IMG/VR virus record: IMGVR_UViG_3300013093_000215
Span: 1 to 27,354 of that record
Origin: a virus
Taxonomy: Duplodnaviria; Caudoviricetes
Length of the DNA stretch: 27,354 nucleotides
Strand: one strand, 5' to 3'
Both the position numbers and the translations under genes were made by a program. The notes under the pieces are model-generated. The model worked only from the letters and a program-made list of their open reading frames with translations. It did not search any database and was not told the DNA's origin. Below are positions 16,805 to 25,435 of this stretch, piece by piece; position 1 is the first letter of the stretch, and the number at the start of each line of letters is the position of its first letter.

Positions 16805-17467
16805 TTAAACCGATACCGACGGAGCGGCGAAGGTATTGTTAGAGAGTTGTACTTGAACGATTGTGTATGCATCGCCCCACTGGTTTGTGTTACCGGCAGG
16901 ATATGCAACTTCACGACCTAATCCAACTACGCGAACTTGACCTTGGTTTCCAGATCCAACAGCAGTTGCAAGCAAAGCTGTAGTAGAGAAACCTGCGCCG
17001 CCTACACCGATAGCATAGCCATCAGTTACTGTAGAACCGGCTGTTGTGTCAAAGTTGTATTCAGTACCGATAGCGGCTGAGGTAACGGAACCGTTACACT
17101 GAATTTCGTACACGATTGCGGGATCAGAGAAAATCCAGAACACGATGTTTGTAGATGCGGCTAGAGTAGTCAATGGAGCATACTTAGCTACAGATCTACG
17201 GCCATCAGAGTTTGTATACTCGATACCGTTGAATACGCCGTATACTTTTCCGCTTGATGCAGATTGGTTGGCGATTGTTAATTGGCCTGAGGTAGTTAAA
17301 GCGACAGGTTGGAACTCATAGAAAGATTGGCCACTCGATAAAGAGTATGGAGCACTATAAGACGTACCAGGGACGAATGTGTTAGTGCCAACGAATGGCA
17401 CAGCACGATCTAATCCACTTGGGTGGTATACAGGCTTCAGACCAAAGGGTTGAAATGTTGCTGACAT
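16805..17467 (-). CDS. Putative capsid decoration/minor head protein
   Basis: PFGLKPV, GVFNGIEYT and DPAIVYEIQ motifs; directly upstream of the MCP gene. Confidence 0.65.
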   Translation of the reverse strand: MSATFQPFGLKPVYHPSGLDRAVPFVGTNTFVPGTSYSAPYSLSSGQSFYEFQPVALTTSGQLTIANQSASSGKVYGVFNGIEYTNSDGRRSVAKYAPLTTLAASTNIVFWIFSDPAIVYEIQCNGSVTSAAIGTEYNFDTTAGSTVTDGYAIGVGGAGFSTTALLATAVGSGNQGQVRVVGLGREVAYPAGNTNQWGDAYTIVQVQLSNNTFAAPSVSV

Positions 17468-17497
17468 GGAGTCAATTTCCTTTGTTGTTGAAGATTA

Positions 17498-18055
17498 TTA
17501 AGCAAAGCGAATATTTTGGTTGTTCGCTCTTTGTGTTTCTTTCTCCATCTCCAGTAAACCGCCCTCAAGTAAGGAACGTCCGCCACGTTTGCTATCTGCC
17601 GTCTCACGCACTTGCGCGGTGATATTGCGTTGATGCTCAAGGGGATCCTCAAGGTGCAACATGCGCATAACTTCTTGATATACGTCTTCTGGTAATTTAA
17701 AAAGAATCATCTCATTACAAGACACACAGCCTTCAAACTTGCCCGAACTCATCTTACCTAGCGACCCAAAGCCATTTCCTAACTCGGCGGCTTTCACTGG
17801 TTCATAGCCCAACGCCATACGTTTGTCGATACTGTCATATGTATTAGTTGTTGACAACCAACACAAGTGATACCCTGGAATTGTCCCTCCAGGCATATCA
17901 GGGAGTGCACTATTAGCCCATTTGTCTCTGAACGCATCCAGGCGTTCGCGGCGTGCAAAACTGTCGGGGTCCGTAACTACTTTACGGTCCGCTACTTCTT
18001 GGACTCTATCGGCGAGGCGATCATCTAAGTCCCGTTTAATTCGTGTATTAGCCAT
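17498..18055 (-). CDS. Conserved head-module protein of unknown function
   Basis: PGYHLCWLS...GYEPVK...MILFKLP motifs; lies between scaffold and MCP. Confidence 0.7.
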   Translation of the reverse strand: MANTRIKRDLDDRLADRVQEVADRKVVTDPDSFARRERLDAFRDKWANSALPDMPGGTIPGYHLCWLSTTNTYDSIDKRMALGYEPVKAAELGNGFGSLGKMSSGKFEGCVSCNEMILFKLPEDVYQEVMRMLHLEDPLEHQRNITAQVRETADSKRGGRSLLEGGLLEMEKETQRANNQNIRFA

Positions 18056-18060
18056 TTGGA

Positions 18061-19059
18061 TTACCCTTTATTGTTGCGGTCGTATTGTGCATACGCCCGG
18101 ATCATTTTGTTACGTCTGTCAACATTGTCCCACGCACCTGCGTCCTTAATTGCCTGGACTCTCTCACGACTTAACGTGATTGTGTTCGGCTTGGCGCTCG
18201 ATTCGTTGGATACCCTACTAGAGGCGGTCGGTCCTGCTCTTCTAGTGGTGTTAGCCCCACTGGTTTTTGTGTATCTGTGTGGCAAACGTGCTGATAAACG
18301 ATTGTCTAACTCTGACCAGTATTCGGAATCCGACGGATCCCATCCTTCTGCGGCGAGTTCTTGATCTATTACCTTGGCAATCCTACTGTCTGTATCTCTT
18401 GCTTGAGGGTCATACCATGAGTTTTTCTTGAGCCATGAATTAGCATTCTCCTGCACCTCTGCCGCCATGGGCGTTGGTACGTTCTGTGGCTGTTTCTTGG
18501 CCGCCTCAAGCTGTTGTTGTTTATAGTGTTGCATCTGGGCCAACCGTTGCTTTGCATCGGTCAACTGTTCCAAATACTCTACCTGAGCCGCTACGTCGTT
18601 TGCTTGCGCCGCCTGCAACATCTTCATTTTCGCGTATTCGACTCTAGTAGCTTCATCCTCTACTTGTTTGTCTATTTGCGAAAGTCTTAACGATGCCGCT
18701 CCGCTTTCTAAGCGTGCTAATCGGTCTGCTAAATCTTGGTTGCGTTTCTCAAGTGAACTAATCTTGTGCTTGGCTGATACTTCGCGCTGTTTGGCTAACT
18801 CTTTCTTTAGCCTGCGTTCCTCGCGTCGTGCCTCGCGTATCTTTTCTCTCTCATCATCAGAGCCACCATGGTCATCGGAATTTTCCGTATCATCATGATC
18901 TCCGTCTTCTGAATCTTCGTGATCTTCGGACTCTTTGTCCTTAGCATCTTTGTTGAGCTCTTTTTCAAACTCGTCTTGTTCGTGGGGCTCTACTTTTACA
19001 AGTGCTGAACCATCATCCTGCTCTTTAACAGGGATATCTTTATGTTCTTTTTCTGCCAT
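18061..19059 (-). CDS. Capsid scaffolding protein
   Basis: Acidic N-terminus, long coiled coil, W..KNSWY and YW.ELD.RL motifs, and a short C-terminal helical capsid-binding-like segment. Confidence 0.8.
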   Translation of the reverse strand: MAEKEHKDIPVKEQDDGSALVKVEPHEQDEFEKELNKDAKDKESEDHEDSEDGDHDDTENSDDHGGSDDEREKIREARREERRLKKELAKQREVSAKHKISSLEKRNQDLADRLARLESGAASLRLSQIDKQVEDEATRVEYAKMKMLQAAQANDVAAQVEYLEQLTDAKQRLAQMQHYKQQQLEAAKKQPQNVPTPMAAEVQENANSWLKKNSWYDPQARDTDSRIAKVIDQELAAEGWDPSDSEYWSELDNRLSARLPHRYTKTSGANTTRRAGPTASSRVSNESSAKPNTITLSRERVQAIKDAGAWDNVDRRNKMIRAYAQYDRNNKG

Positions 19060-19075
19060 ACTTTTCTTTCAAAAG

Positions 19076-19519
19076 TTAATCTACAAACGCTTTCATCTTC
19101 TGCGCATAGTCAAATGACTTAATCGTAGAGATGATCTCACGGGCCTGCAACGTAATGAACACCACTGGTGCACCACCGTCGTCAGGGTTTACAACAAATC
19201 GGTCACCACCGTACTTGATGGTCCTTACCAGATCCCCTTCTTTGCACCAAGCGCCTTCTGGCCATGGTTCGAGTGTGTCTGGGCTCTTGTATGCCAGTGG
19301 TCCTATCTGGACTACCTTGGCTACCGTTTCATTGAATCGTAACGTCTGTTTTGTCTCGTCTACCAGGATAATGCCGCCCTTACTGGTGGTTTTCTCTCTG
19401 CGTAATTGAACGAGAACTCTATCGCCTGAAACCTGAATCCCTACGTCAATATCAGGAAAACATTCCTTTTCTGACCTTAAATCCGGCTCATCTTTCTTAT
19501 CAAAGTCGTACACTGCCAT
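19076..19519 (-). CDS. groES: Co-chaperonin GroES (Cpn10) homologue
   Basis: GDRVLV, mobile loop TTSKGGIILVD, AKVVQIGP, EGDLV...KYGG. Confidence 0.88.
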   Translation of the reverse strand: MAVYDFDKKDEPDLRSEKECFPDIDVGIQVSGDRVLVQLRREKTTSKGGIILVDETKQTLRFNETVAKVVQIGPLAYKSPDTLEPWPEGAWCKEGDLVRTIKYGGDRFVVNPDDGGAPVVFITLQAREIISTIKSFDYAQKMKAFVD

Positions 19520-19546
19520 TCGGCAATCTCCTTAAAGCCATTCGGC

Positions 19547-19738
19547 TTAATCTTTTTCATCATCTTCCGTCAATATGGAATTGATAATGTCGAGGGTCTC
19601 AGTGAACCCCTCAATTCTTCCTATCAGTCTCTGATAGTCTTCATATGAGTTGACATTAACGCCGGCCGTGACGGCTTCGGCCAGTTTTTGTTTCTCAATC
19701 TTAATCTGATTGATTGTTTCGTAAACTGGGTCTCTCAT
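19547..19738 (-). CDS. Small conserved helical protein (63 aa), probably leaderless
   Basis: SYEDYQRLIGRIEG motif typical of the gene between portal and groES; its ATG coincides with the end of promoter C. Confidence 0.8.
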   Translation of the reverse strand: MRDPVYETINQIKIEKQKLAEAVTAGVNVNSYEDYQRLIGRIEGFTETLDIINSILTEDDEKD

Positions 19739-19774
19739 ATAAATAATAATGCATTAGTTTTCAACTTCCGCCCC
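19738..19774 (-). promoter_or_regulatory. Putative phage late promoter, copy C
   Basis: GGGGC-N16-TGCATTATTATTTATA; the last A is the A of the downstream ATG. Confidence 0.78.
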
Positions 19775-19791
19775 AAATGCATTAAAAAGTA

Positions 19792-20007
19792 TTAATAGAA
19801 GTTACCGCCGCCGATGCGGTTAAGGTTTAAGTCTGGACCAATTTTCTTGCCGGGTGTCAACTTAGCCTGAGCCGCGCCGATCTTCCAGTTGTTGTCTCTG
19901 TGTGATCCTGCCTTACCTTTGTCGATGTCAGTCACAGACGTATCTCCTGCGTATCCAGGTGTGCCTGTCATCTTGTATGCTTTACGAAAGCCTAGTTCTT
20001 TTTCCAT
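19792..20007 (-). CDS. Small basic Gly-rich protein (71 aa)
   Basis: TAATG coupling to the portal stop. Confidence 0.7.
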   Translation of the reverse strand: MEKELGFRKAYKMTGTPGYAGDTSVTDIDKGKAGSHRDNNWKIGAAQAKLTPGKKIGPDLNLNRIGGGNFY

Positions 20008-22853
20008 TATTGTCCTTCAGTGGGTTGTTGTGGTTGGGGTTGTGCTTGGATTTGCTCTAGCGCGTGTTGATGCGCCTGATCAGCTTGTTGCATTGCCTGT
20101 TGATGGTTCTGTGCCGATTGCTGAATCTGAACACCTTGCTGTCTGGCCTGTTGCGCCGCTTGCTGTGCTACCTGGGCCTGATGCTGAAACTGCTGTTGCT
20201 GAATCTCTAATCCGTGTTGATTAATATCCATTTGTGCCTGGTGTGATGCCTCTAAGGCTGTTTGGTTTTGTTCATGTGCCATGGCCATCTGGTCGGCGGT
20301 CAGTCCGGCTTGAGCTGTAATCATAGCCACACGTTCGCGTGACGAGTTGTTGATGTCTGCCATGGCGATTTGGGTCGCGTTACGTTGTGAGTCAACTTGA
20401 GACTGGGTAGAGTATTTAGTCTGTAAATCTTGAATCTTCTGTTGCAACTCAGCTACCTTAATCTGGTAAGTCTGTTGCTCTTTTTGCATCTCAAACTGCA
20501 GATTAGACTGAGCCTCTTGCGCCTTGCGCTGTGTCTCTGCCATCTGGGTCTTAAGGATGACCTGAGCCGTTGGGTCCTGTGCCGCCGCGGCCTGTTGTTG
20601 TGCCTGCTGTGCCTGTGCAACTTTCTGCGCCAGTGCATTGACCTGCTGTGTGATTGTGGACATGTTCTGCATGGCCTCTTCGTTGACCATCTTAGACGCC
20701 AATGCAAGAGCCATTTGCGCATCTTGGTCGATTGGCTTCTCGGCGTGCAGGTCAAGTACGTCTTTACCGCCTGCGGCCTGTGCCACATACGCGCGCATGG
20801 ATTGTAGGTAGTGCAGTGTCAAGTGTTGCTTGATATGCTCCAGTGCATGCTGTGAGAACACGGGACCGATTACGGGACTTCCGCCGTATGCCGGGTTGTT
20901 TGCGTACTCCATATGGACCTTGATATGCGCGATATGGTCCTGGTCTGGGTAGGCCGCCGCGGGCTTGCCCATAGTCATGGATACATTCTCTAGTGCAGGA
21001 TTTGACTCCGCCGCGCCCATTGGGTTCGGCAGTACCTCCTCCATGGATGGTATCTTCATCTGGCTTAGTACCCTGCGGTAGATCGCGCGCAAGTCAAACA
21101 TGCCTGGTGGGGCAGTAGTCGCCATCTGTAACAGTGCCTGGTTCTGTGCCAGACGCTGTGTCTCAGAGAATATGTTGGGGTCTGATACTGGGCGAACGTC
21201 GTTGTTGTACGCAAAGTCGCGTACCTCAATCTCTTCCCCAGACTCATTATCCATCTCGTCCAGGTACCAGTGGTTGATACGTGAGATGATTTTAAGTGAC
21301 TTGGCCTGTGATCTGTGTAGTCTGGCGTGGATGCTAGAGAACACTTTCGCGCCCTGCTCGATCAGTGCCTGTGTAGTACCGACCGGTGTATTGTTATTCG
21401 CGTCAGAGATCTTCTCTTCAGATGTAGTCACTACACCCTTAGCCGCGTCGGTCAGCCAACCTAATAAGTTATATAGCACACTGGACGGTGCGTTGAATGG
21501 CATCGGCATCGCAATCTTACGGATGTCATCAACACCCGGCGCGCCTTCAATCTCCATTACCTGAGTAGGTTCAATCCTATCACTTTGTCCAGATATCCTT
21601 CCACCTTTGAGCTTAAGCATTGTCTGACTGTTGCTGATATGAGCACTGTCAAGCAAAGCCCTAAGAGTACCAGTAAGAGCGGCGGCAAGACCACCAATAA
21701 GATGAGGCAGTCCAATAGCGTAAGCACCACGCCATGGGATAAATTTAAATTCAACATACCAGTCTAACTTCTCTAATTTTTCGTCATTGGCCTCCCAGTT
21801 ACGGCGAAGCGACAGCACCTTAGAGCTTGACTCGTCAATAGTCAAAATATACGGCGCACGTTTACCCTTAGATAAAGGATCGTCTTCCAGTCGTAAGAAA
21901 CATGTGATCTCGTAAACACGACGTAGTCCGTCAATGTTCTTAGATGGAATGTCTTTGCCTTCGATCTTGTCGTTGGCCTGCTCTGAACGTGTTTGCTCTG
22001 TGAGCGGCGTATCAGATGAGTAATTAGAGTCTATATCACGATAGTCACCGTTCTCAATGCGTGAGAGGTAGGTATCTTCTGTAATATCCTGGACCTCAGT
22101 GACGCGAGGTGATGTGTAGAAGTTTGTGCTTGAGTACGGTAGGAGTATGTTATCAATCGCGACCCACTCACACATTGGTCGTTTCTGTTCTGGGTCAAAG
22201 CGCCACTTTAAGAACTGCGAACCGCCAAGGGGCAATTGCGTCAGCAACTGCTCCATCTCGTCGCGGTACTCTGGTACCTGCTCAGTTAACTGCCAGTTCA
22301 GGAAGTTAACCTTGCGGTCTGCGACCTCTTCTTTCTCTTTTGATGCCTCGCCCTTGATACTTGACTTAACAATACCCTCAGGTGGTAGCAACTCTTTAGC
22401 AGAAGATGCGGCGAAATCGACGCAGGCCTCTGCCATGATAGGATGGACGACTTTGGAGGCTCCGTCAAACGTGGCTCCTCCGGGCGCGTCTTTACCCAAT
22501 CCAGTGCGACGAAGTCCCTCTTCGTACTGTTTATCTCTTTGTTTACGTGACTCTTGGTCTACATCAATAAAATCTAAGTAGTCTGATGCCAGTTTTGCAA
22601 GTACAGACTCATCAATCTCGTCCGCCATGTTGGCGTAGAAGTCTGGATCTTCTTGAGGTCCCTTGGTCTCTTTTAGGTTGATAACAATGGAGCCATCGTC
22701 AAGCTCAATGACCTCTTGCTCGGCTGTGTCTTCATCTAGCCCAAACTCCTCTTCGTACTCTTTAACTTCTGAGTCTTTAGCAGTATCCCTACCCGCCTGG
22801 TCTAGGCCCGACTTGTTTCTGCCTGCTTGGATTGCTAATTTAGGTTGTGCCAT
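20007..22853 (-). CDS. Portal protein with a long Gln-rich C-terminal coiled coil
   Basis: 948 aa between terL and scaffold; FYANMAD, GASKVVHP, LPLGGSQFLK and PVSDPNIFS motifs; the C-terminus is reminiscent of the P22 portal barrel. Confidence 0.88.
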   Translation of the reverse strand: MAQPKLAIQAGRNKSGLDQAGRDTAKDSEVKEYEEEFGLDEDTAEQEVIELDDGSIVINLKETKGPQEDPDFYANMADEIDESVLAKLASDYLDFIDVDQESRKQRDKQYEEGLRRTGLGKDAPGGATFDGASKVVHPIMAEACVDFAASSAKELLPPEGIVKSSIKGEASKEKEEVADRKVNFLNWQLTEQVPEYRDEMEQLLTQLPLGGSQFLKWRFDPEQKRPMCEWVAIDNILLPYSSTNFYTSPRVTEVQDITEDTYLSRIENGDYRDIDSNYSSDTPLTEQTRSEQANDKIEGKDIPSKNIDGLRRVYEITCFLRLEDDPLSKGKRAPYILTIDESSSKVLSLRRNWEANDEKLEKLDWYVEFKFIPWRGAYAIGLPHLIGGLAAALTGTLRALLDSAHISNSQTMLKLKGGRISGQSDRIEPTQVMEIEGAPGVDDIRKIAMPMPFNAPSSVLYNLLGWLTDAAKGVVTTSEEKISDANNNTPVGTTQALIEQGAKVFSSIHARLHRSQAKSLKIISRINHWYLDEMDNESGEEIEVRDFAYNNDVRPVSDPNIFSETQRLAQNQALLQMATTAPPGMFDLRAIYRRVLSQMKIPSMEEVLPNPMGAAESNPALENVSMTMGKPAAAYPDQDHIAHIKVHMEYANNPAYGGSPVIGPVFSQHALEHIKQHLTLHYLQSMRAYVAQAAGGKDVLDLHAEKPIDQDAQMALALASKMVNEEAMQNMSTITQQVNALAQKVAQAQQAQQQAAAAQDPTAQVILKTQMAETQRKAQEAQSNLQFEMQKEQQTYQIKVAELQQKIQDLQTKYSTQSQVDSQRNATQIAMADINNSSRERVAMITAQAGLTADQMAMAHEQNQTALEASHQAQMDINQHGLEIQQQQFQHQAQVAQQAAQQARQQGVQIQQSAQNHQQAMQQADQAHQHALEQIQAQPQPQQPTEGQ

Positions 22854-22856
22854 TTG

Positions 22857-23951
22857 TTATTGATTCTGTGGATTGTTTAATACGCTGAGTGCGGGCATTG
22901 CCTGCCTCTTAGCCAACTCGGCGCTTTCATTTGAATTTAGTTCTGGGCTGTATGTAGCCAATTGACTCAATACAGATGCCTTCATGGGTGAGTACGCTTG
23001 CGCTAGGTCACTAATGCCCTCTAACGTATGACCCCAATGTTGGTTCATTAACGCCTTTGCTGTGTCGATTGCGGGCTCTATCGCAAATGCATGACCTATA
23101 TGGGGCAGGGCCTTGTTGATTATCCCACCGTCTGCTTTTCGTATGTCAGGGTTTGTTACGTCGTATGTACCTTCGTTACCAATGGCTGATTTTATTTTTC
23201 CGGGATCAAATACCCCTAAATTACGTATCCCGTTTTCTTGCATGTACATTGAATCATGCCCTAAATCTTGAGCGGCTTGTTGTACTTCTGGTTTTTCTAT
23301 TGCTTCCCATTTACCTCGACTTAATGAATCTTGTAAATCATTTATTTGTCGATATTGATTACCAGTTATTTCCCCGCCCGTCGGGTTAATAACTTTATTT
23401 GCTAATCTTTGAACATGTTCTGGATTGTTGTAATCAAAAGGATTTGTTGCTTGTACATGCACAGGGTAAATTGTAGGATTACCTTTTTCTAAATTTCCCG
23501 TATAATATCCGGCAAATTCTGAAGATGGCGATAAAAATGTCATACGACGTGTAACTTTATCTGCCGCAGGATTTACTGATACTCCCGCTGAGGGATTAAA
23601 TGCTGTTATTCCTTGACTGTTTGTTGGCGAATTGCTAGTGCCGTGGTACATTACATTTTTTTCAACGCTTGGCTCAAGAAACTTTGCTTTATTTGCCATT
23701 CTTTCAACAAAAGGCATTAATTCTTTAATTATTCCACCGCCCGCGTACTGAAACTTAGGTGGGGTATGACCGCCATATATCATCGCGGCCACCATATCCG
23801 CCGCTGATAGGTTTTTATCAATAGCCCCGCCAGTAGCATGGGATTGGACCCCTGGAGGTGTTGGGGCGTTATTTAATAAGCTAGAGTCCAGTTGCGGTAA
23901 ACCGGTCTCATCCATTAGGATCTGGCGGGGGCTTTTAAGTAAGTCTATCAT
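22857..23951 (-). CDS. Protein with an ADP-ribosyltransferase-like domain (ART-PolyVal-like) bracketed by AxGG motifs
   Basis: VMYHGTS, TFLSPS..FA..Y, IYPVHV...NPFDY, LGHDS and VFDPGKIKSAIGNEGTYD...PDIR match the ART domain pattern of phage polyvalent proteins. Confidence 0.72.
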   Translation of the reverse strand: MIDLLKSPRQILMDETGLPQLDSSLLNNAPTPPGVQSHATGGAIDKNLSAADMVAAMIYGGHTPPKFQYAGGGIIKELMPFVERMANKAKFLEPSVEKNVMYHGTSNSPTNSQGITAFNPSAGVSVNPAADKVTRRMTFLSPSSEFAGYYTGNLEKGNPTIYPVHVQATNPFDYNNPEHVQRLANKVINPTGGEITGNQYRQINDLQDSLSRGKWEAIEKPEVQQAAQDLGHDSMYMQENGIRNLGVFDPGKIKSAIGNEGTYDVTNPDIRKADGGIINKALPHIGHAFAIEPAIDTAKALMNQHWGHTLEGISDLAQAYSPMKASVLSQLATYSPELNSNESAELAKRQAMPALSVLNNPQNQ

Positions 23952-23953
23952 AC

Positions 23954-23990
23954 TATTAATACTAATGCATTAATATTCAGTGCCCCGCCC
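23954..23990 (-). promoter_or_regulatory. Putative phage late promoter, copy D
   Basis: GGGC-N17-TGCATTAGTATTAATA, ending 2 nt before the ATG at 23951. Confidence 0.78.
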
Positions 23991-25435
23991 TATTGTGCGT
24001 ATGGGTTTGACATCTTCTTGTTTAATTGATCATCCACATAACTATAATCCCTGGGAGGCAACATATCAAGCTGAATCCAACCAGAATCGCGTAGTACTCG
24101 TAGCGCCTGAGAAAGCGAATCAACGTAGTCATCATGGCCCTTTGCCTCCGGAAACGAACATACCTGCCGAATAAATCTTTTTGCCCACTCCGCAAACTCA
24201 CCCTTCTTGGCAGTATCCTCGGGTATGTATACCTTACCCTTGGCTACCAGTGGGGCTACAATGTTCAGCCTCTGCACCTTATCGGCCCTATGTGGATTAT
24301 ATCCACGAACGGGCACACCAGATCCCTGCAGTTCCTGTATGAGGGATATACCCGCCGATTTGTCTTCCATGAGTATCAGGTCGGCCTTACGCCCCTTGCC
24401 AAACGTATTATCGGCCCCGTACACGACCTCCTTAAAGTCATCAATGACCTTACGCCTGAGCTCTGGATACGCCAGGTGTGCGTCCCATGCATCCAGTAAG
24501 ATAATACACGTACCTGAGTCGTCCTTCTCAAAGACGCCCCATACCGTGCAGGCTGTTGGGTCGTTCATCGTCTTCTCACTTGTCGCTGGGTCATAGCTGG
24601 CGATCACGTACTCCAGGTTAGGGGTTGGCATATTCGCGGGCCACGTCCTGAAGTGCTTTCTCTTGATGATACCCGTACTCTCAGGGTCCAGGATCTCACC
24701 GTAAATCTCCTGCCGTCCAAGATCAGTACCCTCATAGGTCTCTAGCTGTTTGAAGAACGTATTAGACAAGTTCGCCCGGTTGTCGTATGAGCTTGCGTTA
24801 ACTACATAGACATCACCTCCGATCTTACCCTCGTTGAGGTCCACAATGACCTCAAGCGGTTTAGGGGTAGTGGTAATAATTTGCTGTACTCGCGGTATGC
24901 GAGGATCCGTCAGACGCATCGTGAACTGGATACCGTCGTAGGCCTCGTCGATGTAGTCGAACGCACACAACTCGTCCATCCAACCCCCGTGGTACTGCTT
25001 TCCACGGTAACGTTCGGGCTCTGATGCAGGAATACCCTGGATGATGGATCCGTTCTTTAGCGTTATCTCAAACAGAGACTTATTGTAGTCCTTGATCAAG
25101 GTACTCGGTATGATATTAAGCAACCCAGAGTCACCCTCAAAGCAGGTAGCCCGGATATCATTCGATGTCGGGGCCGTCACCAACCATCTGGTGTGGTCAT
25201 ATTTCCATGCCCGGATACCAATCCAGTGCGACGCTGTGTGGGTTTTGCCAGATCCACGACCCGCCAACATCAGAAAGGTGTCATAATGTCCGTCATCGGG
25301 CTCTTTTTGATGCGGAAGCGCCGTTAATGTCCACTTTACCTGCCATATTGCGGCATCTAGTTGCATTTTTGGCCAGTGGGCGTGTGTTTTTGCAAAATCT
25401 GCTAAGATTTTCTCTTGTTTTGGTGTCAAAGACAT
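23990..25435 (-). CDS. terL: Terminase large subunit (481 aa from the ATG at 25435)
   Basis: Walker A AGRGSGKT, Walker B WMDE, TTTP, and RNase H-like nuclease motifs YDPA...NDPTA...HDDYVDS. Confidence 0.95.
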   Translation of the reverse strand: MSLTPKQEKILADFAKTHAHWPKMQLDAAIWQVKWTLTALPHQKEPDDGHYDTFLMLAGRGSGKTHTASHWIGIRAWKYDHTRWLVTAPTSNDIRATCFEGDSGLLNIIPSTLIKDYNKSLFEITLKNGSIIQGIPASEPERYRGKQYHGGWMDELCAFDYIDEAYDGIQFTMRLTDPRIPRVQQIITTTPKPLEVIVDLNEGKIGGDVYVVNASSYDNRANLSNTFFKQLETYEGTDLGRQEIYGEILDPESTGIIKRKHFRTWPANMPTPNLEYVIASYDPATSEKTMNDPTACTVWGVFEKDDSGTCIILLDAWDAHLAYPELRRKVIDDFKEVVYGADNTFGKGRKADLILMEDKSAGISLIQELQGSGVPVRGYNPHRADKVQRLNIVAPLVAKGKVYIPEDTAKKGEFAEWAKRFIRQVCSFPEAKGHDDYVDSLSQALRVLRDSGWIQLDMLPPRDYSYVDDQLNKKMSNPYAQ

